DNA from: Psychrobacter sp. DM4 | Lineage (GTDB): Bacteria; Pseudomonadota; Gammaproteobacteria; Pseudomonadales; Moraxellaceae | Assembly: GCF_051307035.1 (NCBI RefSeq) | Contig: NZ_CP195536.1 | Span: forward strand, 180,001-212,000 | DNA length: 32,000 nucleotides | Direction: 5' to 3' | Shown: positions 1 through 8,407 of the stretch, one piece after another | Position numbering within the stretch: the first letter of the stretch is position 1 | How the letters are laid out: each line of letters begins with the position of its first letter | The notes under the pieces: model-generated | Databases searched by the model: none | Seen by the model: only the letters and a program-made list of their open reading frames with translations | Told to the model about the DNA's origin: nothing | Translations under genes and position numbers: made by a program

Positions 1-2153
1 TGCCTTATCGTCCGCGTCGCCGCTCACCAGCTGCCAAAGCTCGCGCTGCAGGTTTGGATACTGTAGCCCAAGCAGTATTGAACCAAGAGATTGCACCGAT
101 AGACGCGCTGGCTGACTATCAAGCGCCAGCAGTCATTACCGATGATAACGGTAATGAGATCGAAGTGGATTTTGAAGATACAGACAAACAGTTGGCAGGC
201 GTACAAGCCATTATCGTGGATGAATGGACGCAAGCGCTTGATCTACTCGATAATCTGCGTAGTGGCTTCGCTAAAACAGCGAGCATTGTATCGTCAGTAG
301 CGAGTGAAGAAAAACGTGAGGTCGGCGAGAAGTTCAAAGACTATTTTGAACATAGTGAGAGCCTAGCGCGCCTGCCTAATCATCGCCTCCTTGCCATGCT
401 ACGCGGTCGTCAAGAGAATGTCTTGGGACTCAAAATTGAGGGTGAAGATATGCCCTTTATCGAAAAAATAGTCAGTCACTTCAATATTGATAGCACAGCA
501 CCAGCCGCACGTCGTGATGTCCTAATCGAAGCGGCCACCAGTCTTTGGAGAGACAAATGGCGCCCGCATATCGAGCATCGCTTATTGACTGAAAAACGTC
601 TGAGCGCAGAAGCGGATGCTATCGATGTGTTTGCCAGTAATTTACAGCATCTCTTGATGTCAGCGCCGGCTGGACGCAAGGTTATTTTGGGCGTTGATCC
701 TGGTATTCGTCATGGTGTCAAGATGGCTGTTATCGATGCGCAAGGTCATGTCATGATAGGTGCTGATGATAAACCAGTTATCGCGACGGTTTATCCTTTT
801 GCTCCTGATAATAAAATGAGTGAAGCCAAAACCGTCATCGATGAACTATTAAGCACTTATAGCGTTGATCTGATCGCTATTGGCAATGGAACGGCAAGCC
901 GTGAAACCGATGCCATGATTAAAGAGATTTTGACGGCTAATACAGATCTTAAGGCAAAAGCGGTCATCGTCAACGAGTCAGGCGCTTCTGTGTATTCAGC
1001 AAGTGAGCTTGCTAGTGATGAATTGGCTGATCTAGATGTATCAGTACGTGGGGCGGTATCCATTGCGCGCCGCTTACAAGATCCACTCTCGGAGCTAGTT
1101 AAAGTAGATCCAAAAGCTATCGGCGTGGGTCAGTATCAGCACGACGTCAATCAGAACCAATTGGCTGATAGTCTGGACAAGGTTACACAAGATAGCGTGA
1201 ATGCGGTCGGTGTCGATGTCAATACCGCAAGTCCTGCGATACTTGCGCACATCGCAGGTCTGAACAGCAATGTGGCACAGCAGATAGTCACCTATCGCCG
1301 TGAGCACGGCGCGTTTGCCACTCGTGAAGCCCTAAAAGACGTACCACGTTTAGGGGTTAAAACTTTTGAGCAAGCCGCAGGTTTTTTACGCATTCATGAT
1401 GGCGACAATCCTCTGGATGCCACTGGCGTCCATCCAGAGAGTTATGAGCTAGTCAGTAGCTTGCTATCTCAAACGGATAACTCTTTGAGCGATATCATCG
1501 GTAATGATAGTGTCCTCAATACTATTGACACCGCAGCAATCGCTGCCAACGATGACAATATTAGTATAAAAGCAATATTGGATGAGCTAGCTAAACCTGC
1601 TCGCGACCCGCGTCCTGAATTTAAGACTGCCAACTTTCGTGACGATGTCAGTAGTATCAAAGACTTAACCGAAGGTATGACCCTCGAAGGTGTCGTTACC
1701 AACGTGACCGCTTTTGGTTGTTTTGTAGATGTTGGCGTACACCAAGATGGTTTGGTACATATCTCTCAGATGGCTAACGACTTCGTCGCTGACCCTATGA
1801 ACCGCGTAAAGCCTGGAGATATCATCTCCGTTCGCGTCATCTCTATCGATGAAAAACGTGGTCGCATCGGTTTTAGTATGAAGCCTGAGAGTGATAAATC
1901 TACGCGCGCAGCCGCTAAACCAGCATCAAGTCACACTGATGCTAACCATACTGGAGACAAACCGAGTCGTCCGCGCAGCAAGCGTCCATCGACAGCGGAC
2001 AAACGCTCCTCCACGCCGCGTCAAGATAGTGGCAAGCATAAAGGTAGCACTAATCGTCAGCAGGCGCAAAAGCCAAAAGCGGATACACCCGTTAAAGTAG
2101 GTACGCTTGGCGCACTATTAAAAGAAGCTGGTATAACAAAAAACAACAAGTAA
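1..2153 (+). CDS. tex: Tex transcription accessory protein (YhgF/Tex family), 5' end cut by the window edge
   Basis: The frame is open from nt 3 (PYRPRRRSPAAKARAAGLDT...), upstream of the tracked Met at 54, and matches the conserved Tex N-proximal segment. It has a YqgF/RuvC-like 'ILGVDPGIRHGVK' motif, a helix-hairpin-helix region, and a C-terminal S1 domain 'GVVTNVTAFGCFVDVGVHQDGLVHIS'. Confidence 0.92.
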   Translation, partial: PYRPRRRSPAAKARAAGLDTVAQAVLNQEIAPIDALADYQAPAVITDDNGNEIEVDFEDTDKQLAGVQAIIVDEWTQALDLLDNLRSGFAKTASIVSSVASEEKREVGEKFKDYFEHSESLARLPNHRLLAMLRGRQENVLGLKIEGEDMPFIEKIVSHFNIDSTAPAARRDVLIEAATSLWRDKWRPHIEHRLLTEKRLSAEADAIDVFASNLQHLLMSAPAGRKVILGVDPGIRHGVKMAVIDAQGHVMIGADDKPVIATVYPFAPDNKMSEAKTVIDELLSTYSVDLIAIGNGTASRETDAMIKEILTANTDLKAKAVIVNESGASVYSASELASDELADLDVSVRGAVSIARRLQDPLSELVKVDPKAIGVGQYQHDVNQNQLADSLDKVTQDSVNAVGVDVNTASPAILAHIAGLNSNVAQQIVTYRREHGAFATREALKDVPRLGVKTFEQAAGFLRIHDGDNPLDATGVHPESYELVSSLLSQTDNSLSDIIGNDSVLNTIDTAAIAANDDNISIKAILDELAKPARDPRPEFKTANFRDDVSSIKDLTEGMTLEGVVTNVTAFGCFVDVGVHQDGLVHISQMANDFVADPMNRVKPGDIISVRVISIDEKRGRIGFSMKPESDKSTRAAAKPASSHTDANHTGDKPSRPRSKRPSTADKRSSTPRQDSGKHKGSTNRQQAQKPKADTPVKVGTLGALLKEAGITKNNK

Positions 2154-2193
2154 TCGAAGTTGATTTTAAAGCTAGATGTATTTACTCAAAAAT

Positions 2194-2223
2194 AAAGGCA
2201 GCTCATGGCTGCCTTTATTTTTG
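2194..2223. terminator. Rho-independent terminator shared by convergent tex and the repeat-protein locus
   Basis: Stem aaaggcagc (2194-2202) pairs with gctgccttt (2208-2216) around a 5-nt loop. A T-run follows on the + strand and an A-run precedes it, giving a T-run on the - strand. Confidence 0.85.
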
Positions 2224-2232
2224 TATTTAAGT

Positions 2233-2442
2233 TTATCTTATAACAAATCGACGGTTCTCACTGAGTTCTACTTCACCAGGTTGAGTCGCAAGCAGTTCGC
2301 CATCTGGACCATGAATTTTTGACTATAATGTAATAGGTACTGCAACTAAACGTCTGTCAGCAGGAGTCACATTGCCAGTGTTATAGCCTTCCCCTAAGAT
2401 AAGCGGCTGATAATTTCCATTATAGCGATCTGTTTTTAATCT
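2233..2442 (-). pseudogene. Decayed third repeat module of the upstream secreted repeat protein, in frame but interrupted by TAG codons
   Basis: Reading on past the TAG stop at 2443-2445 in the same frame gives RLKTDRYNGNYQPLILGEGYNTGNVTPADRRLVAVPITL*SKIHGPDGELLATQPGEVELSENRRFVIR*. The second TAG is at 2323-2325 and the final TAA at 2233-2235. The core (2260-2376) matches about 24 of 39 residues of module 2. Confidence 0.6.
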
Positions 2443-2814
2443 CTATTGGTTAAAATCAATTTCACCGGGTTGAGTCGCTAATAACTCACCATCAGGACCT
2501 TGAATCTTTTGTTGTAAAGTATTTGGAGCAGATGTCATACGAGCATCAGCAGGTACGATGTTACCACGGTTTGCCATGCTGCTATGAGGCGCTTTCATCG
2601 TAGAATCTGTTGATAAGTTATTACGATTATAATCAATCTCACCTGGCTGGGTTGCTATTAGTTCACTATCGGGACCTTGAATTTTCTGTTGCAAAGTATT
2701 TGGTGCTGGAGTTGTTCTCATATCGGCAGGTACAATATTTCCTGTCGTTGCAAATGCTAAGCTAGGTACAACTAAAGCAGCACCTACTAATAAAGATAAT
2801 TTGGAGTTACTCAT
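2443..2814 (-). CDS. Secreted protein of unknown function with two 39-aa tandem modules
   Basis: Sec-type signal peptide MSNSKLSLLVGAALVVPSLAFA. Two modules of the form GNIVPAD.R.T.APNTLQQKIQGPD.EL.ATQPGEID.N (2626-2742 and 2449-2565) are 33/39 identical by hand count. I recognise no family. Confidence 0.6.
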   Translation of the reverse strand: MSNSKLSLLVGAALVVPSLAFATTGNIVPADMRTTPAPNTLQQKIQGPDSELIATQPGEIDYNRNNLSTDSTMKAPHSSMANRGNIVPADARMTSAPNTLQQKIQGPDGELLATQPGEIDFNQ

Positions 2815-2973
2815 AATATCATTCCTTTTTTAACTAATTTTCAAACAATTATTTTTACTTTTAATCCTGAAGTCATCTTTTTTTAGTGTTATTTAAAGCT
2901 CATTAATATTACTCAGCAGGAGCGTCTTCTTTGTTGTAGAGTATGGATAATCATTTGAAATTTATAAATGTCA

Positions 2974-3030
2974 GCTCGTTTTATAATTGTGTAGTTAGTT
3001 TGCGATTTTAACAACATTATACAAACGAGC
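2974..3030 (-). terminator. Possible terminator hairpin downstream of the 269-aa secreted protein gene
   Basis: The imperfect inverted repeat gctcgtttt-ataat (2974-2987) and attat-acaaacgagc (3016-3030) gives 8 + 6 bp with one bulge. The loop is large, and on the - strand a moderately U-rich tract follows. Confidence 0.3.
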
Positions 3031-3059
3031 CTGAAATTTAGCTCATTGAACGAATACGA

Positions 3060-3869
3060 TTATTCGTCCATGTCCATGTCATTCATATCAGCATCAATAT
3101 CAGGTACGCGAATGACCGGATACGTCTGATTGATTTCAGTATTTCTAATAGCTTCAGCGTCTGCTTTTCGACCGACATATACCAAGCGACCATCTGCACC
3201 TCGTACGGCAACTCTAGTACCCGTCGTGGTATTCATACGCTGGATCTGATCGCTAGGCGCTATGATGACTTCTTTGACTTGATACTGAGTAGGGCGAATA
3301 GTACGTTTGGTTTCAATAATGACCGCCTCCATACTACGCTCTTCTTGAATAGCCAATTGAGCTTTTGGTGCTTTTACTTCACTCACGACTGGCGTAGGAA
3401 AGTTGCTACCAAAATGATTATCGCACTGCTGCATAGTAACTCGTACAGGATTACCGTTTCTATCCATGTAGACATTGACAGGCATATCAGAAGCGAAAGG
3501 AACGTATTTGCCTACCAAGACACCTGATACCCCATAACGACCGTTTGATTGTCCGACGCCCATATCACAAGCGCCTGCTTCATAGTCACTGGTTCGCAAG
3601 TTGTCATTGCTGACAACGCTTTGTGGAATCATGACTTCAGATAGACTCATTTTTGCAACGCTAGTTTCCCCTGCGCGGCGCATAGGGTTTTGATACGTAT
3701 AGGGCGTATAAAATTTCGCTGAGCCCTCTTTTACTGCCATCACGCACTCATCGTAGCTGTCATAACCGACGTTACCATTACGATCCGATGTCATGCCAGC
3801 GTTGGCGCTAGTAGCGAACATGGCTAGACCTGAGGTAAGTATTGCAGCAGTTAGTATATTCAATCTCAT
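3060..3869 (-). CDS. Secreted protein of unknown function with an acidic C-terminus
   Basis: 269-aa ORF with signal peptide MRLNILTAAILTSGLAMFATSANA and an AAGGA Shine-Dalgarno upstream. It has three Cys residues and ends in DIDADMNDMDMDE. I recognise no motif. Confidence 0.65.
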   Translation of the reverse strand: MRLNILTAAILTSGLAMFATSANAGMTSDRNGNVGYDSYDECVMAVKEGSAKFYTPYTYQNPMRRAGETSVAKMSLSEVMIPQSVVSNDNLRTSDYEAGACDMGVGQSNGRYGVSGVLVGKYVPFASDMPVNVYMDRNGNPVRVTMQQCDNHFGSNFPTPVVSEVKAPKAQLAIQEERSMEAVIIETKRTIRPTQYQVKEVIIAPSDQIQRMNTTTGTRVAVRGADGRLVYVGRKADAEAIRNTEINQTYPVIRVPDIDADMNDMDMDE

Positions 3870-3999
3870 AATTATATCCTTTTAATAAGTAATAGTTTTG
3901 GCTGACGGCTTTTGTCCTCTAAAGTGTAGCGTGACCCTAAGCCTAAATCGTCCCTGATACTCGAAAATATCTACTTGTGAAATACTACTGAATGTCTAA

Positions 4000-4145
4000 A
4001 TGTAGAAAAATTTTTTATTTATGTAGAGACAGTCGTATAGCGTAGATACTGGTTATCAAAATTTATATTACCCAAATGACTACTTGAGCGCTGTGACAAT
4101 AGACTAAGAATATGTAGCATAATGTAGTGAATATGGAGTATGTAG
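4000..4145 (+). repeat. Array of same-orientation ATGTAG hexamers in an intergenic region
   Basis: Exact ATGTAG occurs at 4000-4005, 4021-4026, 4112-4117, 4122-4127 and 4140-4145, with the variant ATGGAG at 4133-4138. The spacings of 21, 10 and 11 bp are close to helical repeats. Confidence 0.6.
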
Positions 4146-4188
4146 CAATATCAGTTACCTAAAAGTCCTATTACTATTATTTACTGAC

Positions 4189-4220
4189 AAAAAAGCTGCA
4201 TCTCAATAATAAGATGCAGC
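4189..4220 (-). terminator. Rho-independent terminator of the saccharopine dehydrogenase-family gene
   Basis: Stem gctgcatct (4195-4203) pairs with agatgcagc (4212-4220). The A-run at 4189-4194 gives a U-run on the - strand. Confidence 0.8.
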
Positions 4221-4281
4221 GCATTTTGCTAATTTTTGGAATAAATAATAAATAAAATTAGATTTAACTAATTATCTACTT

Positions 4282-5586
4282 TTAATTATCAACAACTTCA
4301 AAGGTTAGACCAGCGTGATCTTGCAAACGAGTGATTAGATGCTCACCCATGGCAGAGGCAGGCGTCCAAAAACCCCCTTTAACACTGTCTCTTGAGATAT
4401 CTTGCACTAGGCATAAAGCCGATTGCGCCAGCATACGAGAAGTACTGCCATAGCCTGGATCTTTGTCACCTGTGACTTTGATACTGATATGATTATTCTT
4501 AGGCGTTCCACCAAAAAAGCGAATATCAAAAAAACCATTGTCTTGCTCAGACTTAGAAGGACCACTACCTGACTTCGGCAGCACATGTTTTGAGAGCAGT
4601 TCACGACTGGGTTTGAACATCATAGTAGTAGCAAAGCCTAATAAGCCTGCACTTAGAGCATAGCTTGTCACCTGACCTTTAATACCATCTTTCATCCACA
4701 TTGCTTCATCATACTTAAATTTGCGACCATACTCATAGCCTGATAACTGATTACTACGGTGTACGATGCGCGTGTTGATGCTTGCCATAACAAAAGGCGC
4801 AAGCCAGCGATTATGCTTATCATCGTACTCAGGCTTGCCGACATTGTCTTGGCGTACATTTGGCACATCATTGTCGTTATTGAGTAGGTACGGATTGGCT
4901 ACTTGTTTACGGCGTGACTTGTCTTGACCGACCTCCTCAAAGATAGTGGCCATTGAGGCGATAGTACCGCCAGATAACCCACCCTTGGCGGCCTTTACGC
5001 GCATATGAATCACATCGCAGGCTTCGTTGAACTGGTCTTCAGCTTGCTGCTGAGTAAAATACACTCCTAGATCTGAGGGAATAGAGTCAAAGCCGCACGA
5101 GTTAACGATACGAGCTCCGCTTTGTTTGGCGGCGTCTTCATATTTATCCATCATATCTCTGATAAAGATAGCTTCACCAGTGAGATCAACATAGTCTGTA
5201 CCATGAGTAGTACACGATCTGATCAAAGGCTCACCATACTTTAAGTAAGGTCCTACTGTTGAGATGATAACTTCGGTCTGCTTAGTCATATCATCTAGGC
5301 TTGCATCATCGTCACTATTGGCAATGATGATATCGACCTTTTGATCCGTGCCAGAGCCTCTAAGCTCAGACTGTAGCGTCTTTAGCTTCTCTTCATCGCG
5401 ACCGGCTATCGCCCAAGTTGCTTTGGCCGAATCCTTACTTTCTGATAAAAACTCTGATAAATAATGAGCAGTGATTTGCCCCACAAAGCTAGTAGCACCA
5501 TACAAGACAATCGCATATTTTCGCTTATCTTTATTAACGGTTTGCGCAGGGTTTGAGTTCGTTGATGCGTCTTTTTTAGTATCCAT
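4282..5586 (-). CDS. Saccharopine dehydrogenase-family NAD(P)-binding oxidoreductase (SCCPDH-like)
   Basis: 434 aa. It has an N-terminal Rossmann motif 'IVLYGATSFVGQ' and overall resembles saccharopine dehydrogenase-like / trans-acting enoyl reductase proteins. Confidence 0.78.
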   Translation of the reverse strand: MDTKKDASTNSNPAQTVNKDKRKYAIVLYGATSFVGQITAHYLSEFLSESKDSAKATWAIAGRDEEKLKTLQSELRGSGTDQKVDIIIANSDDDASLDDMTKQTEVIISTVGPYLKYGEPLIRSCTTHGTDYVDLTGEAIFIRDMMDKYEDAAKQSGARIVNSCGFDSIPSDLGVYFTQQQAEDQFNEACDVIHMRVKAAKGGLSGGTIASMATIFEEVGQDKSRRKQVANPYLLNNDNDVPNVRQDNVGKPEYDDKHNRWLAPFVMASINTRIVHRSNQLSGYEYGRKFKYDEAMWMKDGIKGQVTSYALSAGLLGFATTMMFKPSRELLSKHVLPKSGSGPSKSEQDNGFFDIRFFGGTPKNNHISIKVTGDKDPGYGSTSRMLAQSALCLVQDISRDSVKGGFWTPASAMGEHLITRLQDHAGLTFEVVDN

Positions 5587-5961
5587 AATATTTTCCTTAA
5601 TAGTATGTAATAAGTAGGAGAGAGTAATATCTTTTGAATCAAAGGCTATAGCAACTATAAATGCCTAACCGGTTGGAGATATAAGGCAGATTTTACGCCA
5701 ATGCAAATAGGTATGCTAGCTGGTATTTATATCTACAAACATAAGCACTCAGTGTCAGACAGTCTACAGCGTCAATGCACATATGATTACATAAGTTACA
5801 TAACTCAATCTTTGATTACTTAATTGAACAATGCTCATCAAACTAATTTAGTATTATTTGGCTTTGAAGAACGACATTAAAAATAATTAATTAAAGCTAA
5901 CATTACTCGATAATGACTTATCTAAACAATGATTTATTATTGGGCATTCAAGGAGGATTAT

Positions 5962-6117
5962 ATGTTTCGTTGGGCTATTATTTTTGCAGTTGTTGCACTA
6001 ATCGCAAGTTTGCTCGGATTTGGTGGCGTTGCTGGCTTGTCTGCTAATATCGCTTACATATTACTAGCAGTTGCTGTTATCTTATTCATCGTGGCTTTTG
6101 TTAGCCGTAAAATGTAG
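5962..6117 (+). CDS. DUF1328 (UPF0391/YtjA-like) small membrane protein
   Basis: [52 protein letters not shown] strong AAGGAGG Shine-Dalgarno at 5950-5956 supports the ATG at 5962 rather than the tracked start at 5929. Confidence 0.8.
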   Translation: MFRWAIIFAVVALIASLLGFGGVAGLSANIAYILLAVAVILFIVAFVSRKM

Positions 6118-6150
6118 ATCGCTAAAAGATTTACTTTTGAGTAAGCCTAC

Positions 6151-6183
6151 AAAAAACCGTCTTTCATAGAAGACGGTTTTTTG
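6151..6183. terminator. Bidirectional rho-independent terminator
   Basis: Stem accgtctt (6156-6163) pairs with aagacggt (6170-6177), flanked by an A-run and a T-run. It lies between convergent genes. Confidence 0.85.
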
Positions 6184-6198
6184 GTTTGTAGATTCATA

Positions 6199-6492
6199 TC
6201 ATAGTCTGCTGGGCTGAATAATATGCTCCATACGTTTAGCCAAGCGAATATCACGACTCGTAATACCACCTGTATCCTCTGATGTTAAACGCACTTCCAC
6301 TATGTTGTACATGTTTCGCCATTGGGGATGATGCTCAAGCGCTTCTGCATAAAAAGCCGCTTGATTCATAAAACTCATAGCTTCTATAAAATCGTTGAAG
6401 TGGTAGGTTTTGGTGATGCTACTGCCATCACGCTGCCAGCCTGCCAACTCATCTAGCTGCATATCTACTTGCTTGTCAGATAAACTACTCAT
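6199..6492 (-). CDS. phhB: Pterin-4-alpha-carbinolamine dehydratase
   Basis: PCD family pattern 'LAGWQ...I.K.Y.F.DF..A..F.N..A..AE...HHP.W.N.YN.V...L.T'. I placed the start at the second Met (MSSLSDK), which has an AAGGA Shine-Dalgarno. Confidence 0.85.
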   Translation of the reverse strand: MSSLSDKQVDMQLDELAGWQRDGSSITKTYHFNDFIEAMSFMNQAAFYAEALEHHPQWRNMYNIVEVRLTSEDTGGITSRDIRLAKRMEHIIQPSRL

Positions 6493-6539
6493 AATGATGT
6501 CCTTATTAATATATTGAACCAAGCTTTGTCTAAAAACAC

Positions 6540-6833
6540 CTAGACTAGATCTTGATACTCAGGATGTTTGTTTATGTATGATGAGACAAACGAGCACTGC
6601 GGTATTACCTTTTTGTCATGAGCGCGTGCATAGTCCAAAGCATGCTTGACTAAGGCTGAGCCAACACCGCGTCCGCCTAGAACTTCAGGGACGATAGTAT
6701 GGTCATAGACGAGCGTATCGCCGCGCTCTTGATAGCTGATATAACCGGTATTATTATCGATAGAGGTCTCAAAACGTTTGGCGTTTTGGTTGTGTGAGAT
6801 ATCTACCTGTTGTGTATTATCTGGATCACTCAT
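6540..6833 (-). CDS. Small GNAT-family N-acetyltransferase (YjdJ-like)
   Basis: 97 aa, with '[36 protein letters not shown]', typical of the single-domain GNAT-like YjdJ group. Confidence 0.78.
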   Translation of the reverse strand: MSDPDNTQQVDISHNQNAKRFETSIDNNTGYISYQERGDTLVYDHTIVPEVLGGRGVGSALVKHALDYARAHDKKVIPQCSFVSSYINKHPEYQDLV

Positions 6834-6923
6834 ATTATTCTCCGTTTTTTAGGATATTTTATTTGTATGACTGAGACTAAACGACTTAGAGCAGGATAAA
6901 GGTTATATATTACAGAATAAAGA

Positions 6924-8261
6924 TTACTGGGCATAAAACAAGGCATTACGCATCACTGGTGGTAGATATTTAGTCAGACCGCGCGTGGTAGGCAAGGATT
7001 GTGCCGTTGCGCTCTCATCTAGCTTCAATGTGGCTTGCGCTTTTATGTGTAATTTTTTTTCATCAGCATTGGGTTTACTAAAGTGATGAATACGCTTGAT
7101 AACCTGTTTGAGCTGCTGCGCAAAGCTGCCAGTATTGTATGCCAGGCCGTACTTTTTGCATATGTCTTGTACTTGCGGCGCAATGCGCGTATAGCGGTTG
7201 GCTGGCATATCAGGAAAGATATGATGCTCGATCTGATGGGACAAATGACCGGTCAAAATATGAAACCACTTGCGACCTGTGATATTACTTGAACCCAGTA
7301 TCTGCCTGGCATACCAGTCGCCGCGGCTCTCATTGTCATCGAGATGGGTGTAGATATGTGCCTGCTCAGTAAAATGACCACAAAATATCACCGCCCAAGT
7401 CCAAACGTTACGTACGATGTTGGCAGTAACGTTACCACTAACTGTCATCATAGCACTGCGAGCACCAAATACTAGCCCTGCGAGCGCAGGGGTAGCGATA
7501 TAATCTTTGCCCACTTGGCGCTTTATCTTATTAAATAGAGCTTGAGACTTCGGCTTCATGATTTCGGCTAAGCGTGTATCGTTTGCATATTCATCAACGC
7601 TAATCTGTATGTCATGAAATGCTACCGCCCACTCAAACCCTAATGCCAAGATCATCGTACTCAACAAGTTGTTGCGATCGCTTGGCGTCCAAGGCTGCTC
7701 ATCGGTCACTCGGATAAGATGATACCCTACATCGTGGTCACGACCTACAATATTGGTAAAGGTATGATGCAAATAATTATGCGAATGCTGCCAGAGCGGC
7801 GCTGGACAGACAATGTCCCAATCGAACTTCTGACTATTCAAATGCGGATGCTGCATCCAGTCATATTGACCGTGCATAACATTGTGCCCAAGCTCCATAT
7901 TGTTTAGAATTTTACTAAAACTCAGTAAAGAGGTGCCCAGCAGCCAAAGACCCAGTTGCTTGTGACGCGACGAGGGATAAGCGGCGATGCCGAGCAGACC
8001 ACGTGCTAGGAGCTCGCTATAAACGACTGCGCTATAAATACGCTGGATGTAATGAGCGTCCTCTGCGCCAAGAGATGCCATCATGCTATTGTATAGGGCA
8101 TCTAACTCAGCAGCCATAGCCTCAGTTTGTGCTTTTGATAATGGCGCACCGCTCAAGGTAGGATAAGGCATATGTGCTGACGATAGATTATCTATGACAG
8201 GCGAGATAGATGTCGTAGGAAGCGCTGATCGAGCACTAAACATAGGAGATAATAAACGCAT
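6924..8261 (-). CDS. Membrane fatty-acid (acyl-CoA/lipid) desaturase, DesB-like
   Basis: Three histidine boxes are present: HNVMH, HSHNYLHH and HQIEHH. Hydrophobic segments are present, an AAGGA Shine-Dalgarno lies upstream, and the gene sits directly downstream of a ferredoxin-reductase gene. Confidence 0.85.
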   Translation of the reverse strand: MRLLSPMFSARSALPTTSISPVIDNLSSAHMPYPTLSGAPLSKAQTEAMAAELDALYNSMMASLGAEDAHYIQRIYSAVVYSELLARGLLGIAAYPSSRHKQLGLWLLGTSLLSFSKILNNMELGHNVMHGQYDWMQHPHLNSQKFDWDIVCPAPLWQHSHNYLHHTFTNIVGRDHDVGYHLIRVTDEQPWTPSDRNNLLSTMILALGFEWAVAFHDIQISVDEYANDTRLAEIMKPKSQALFNKIKRQVGKDYIATPALAGLVFGARSAMMTVSGNVTANIVRNVWTWAVIFCGHFTEQAHIYTHLDDNESRGDWYARQILGSSNITGRKWFHILTGHLSHQIEHHIFPDMPANRYTRIAPQVQDICKKYGLAYNTGSFAQQLKQVIKRIHHFSKPNADEKKLHIKAQATLKLDESATAQSLPTTRGLTKYLPPVMRNALFYAQ

Positions 8262-8354
8262 AAAAATTCCTTAGTTGAAGCAGTAACTATGGGCCAATAT
8301 ATGATAGATATATGAGACTTATGGTCGAAAACCTTAAGAGCTGTATATCGGATT

Positions 8355-8395
8355 CTTTGCATCTCAAAGTGCTTTCACTTTACATCTCAAAGTGC
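8355..8395 (-). promoter_or_regulatory. Duplicated 18-nt element with nested palindromes in the reductase-desaturase spacer
   Basis: ctttGcatctcaaagtgc (8355-8372) and ctttAcatctcaaagtgc (8378-8395) differ at one base and have a 23-bp period. The region contains CTTTG-N5-CAAAG, AAAGTG-N4-CACTTT and CACTTT-N7-AAAGTG arms. Confidence 0.5.
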
Positions 8396-8407
8396 CCTAC
8401 TTGTTGT

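Noticed and set aside
5929-5961. N-terminal extension of the DUF1328 ORF (tracked start at 5929)
   Set aside because: A strong AAGGAGG Shine-Dalgarno sits inside the extension, directly before the ATG at 5962, and DUF1328 proteins are about 50 aa.
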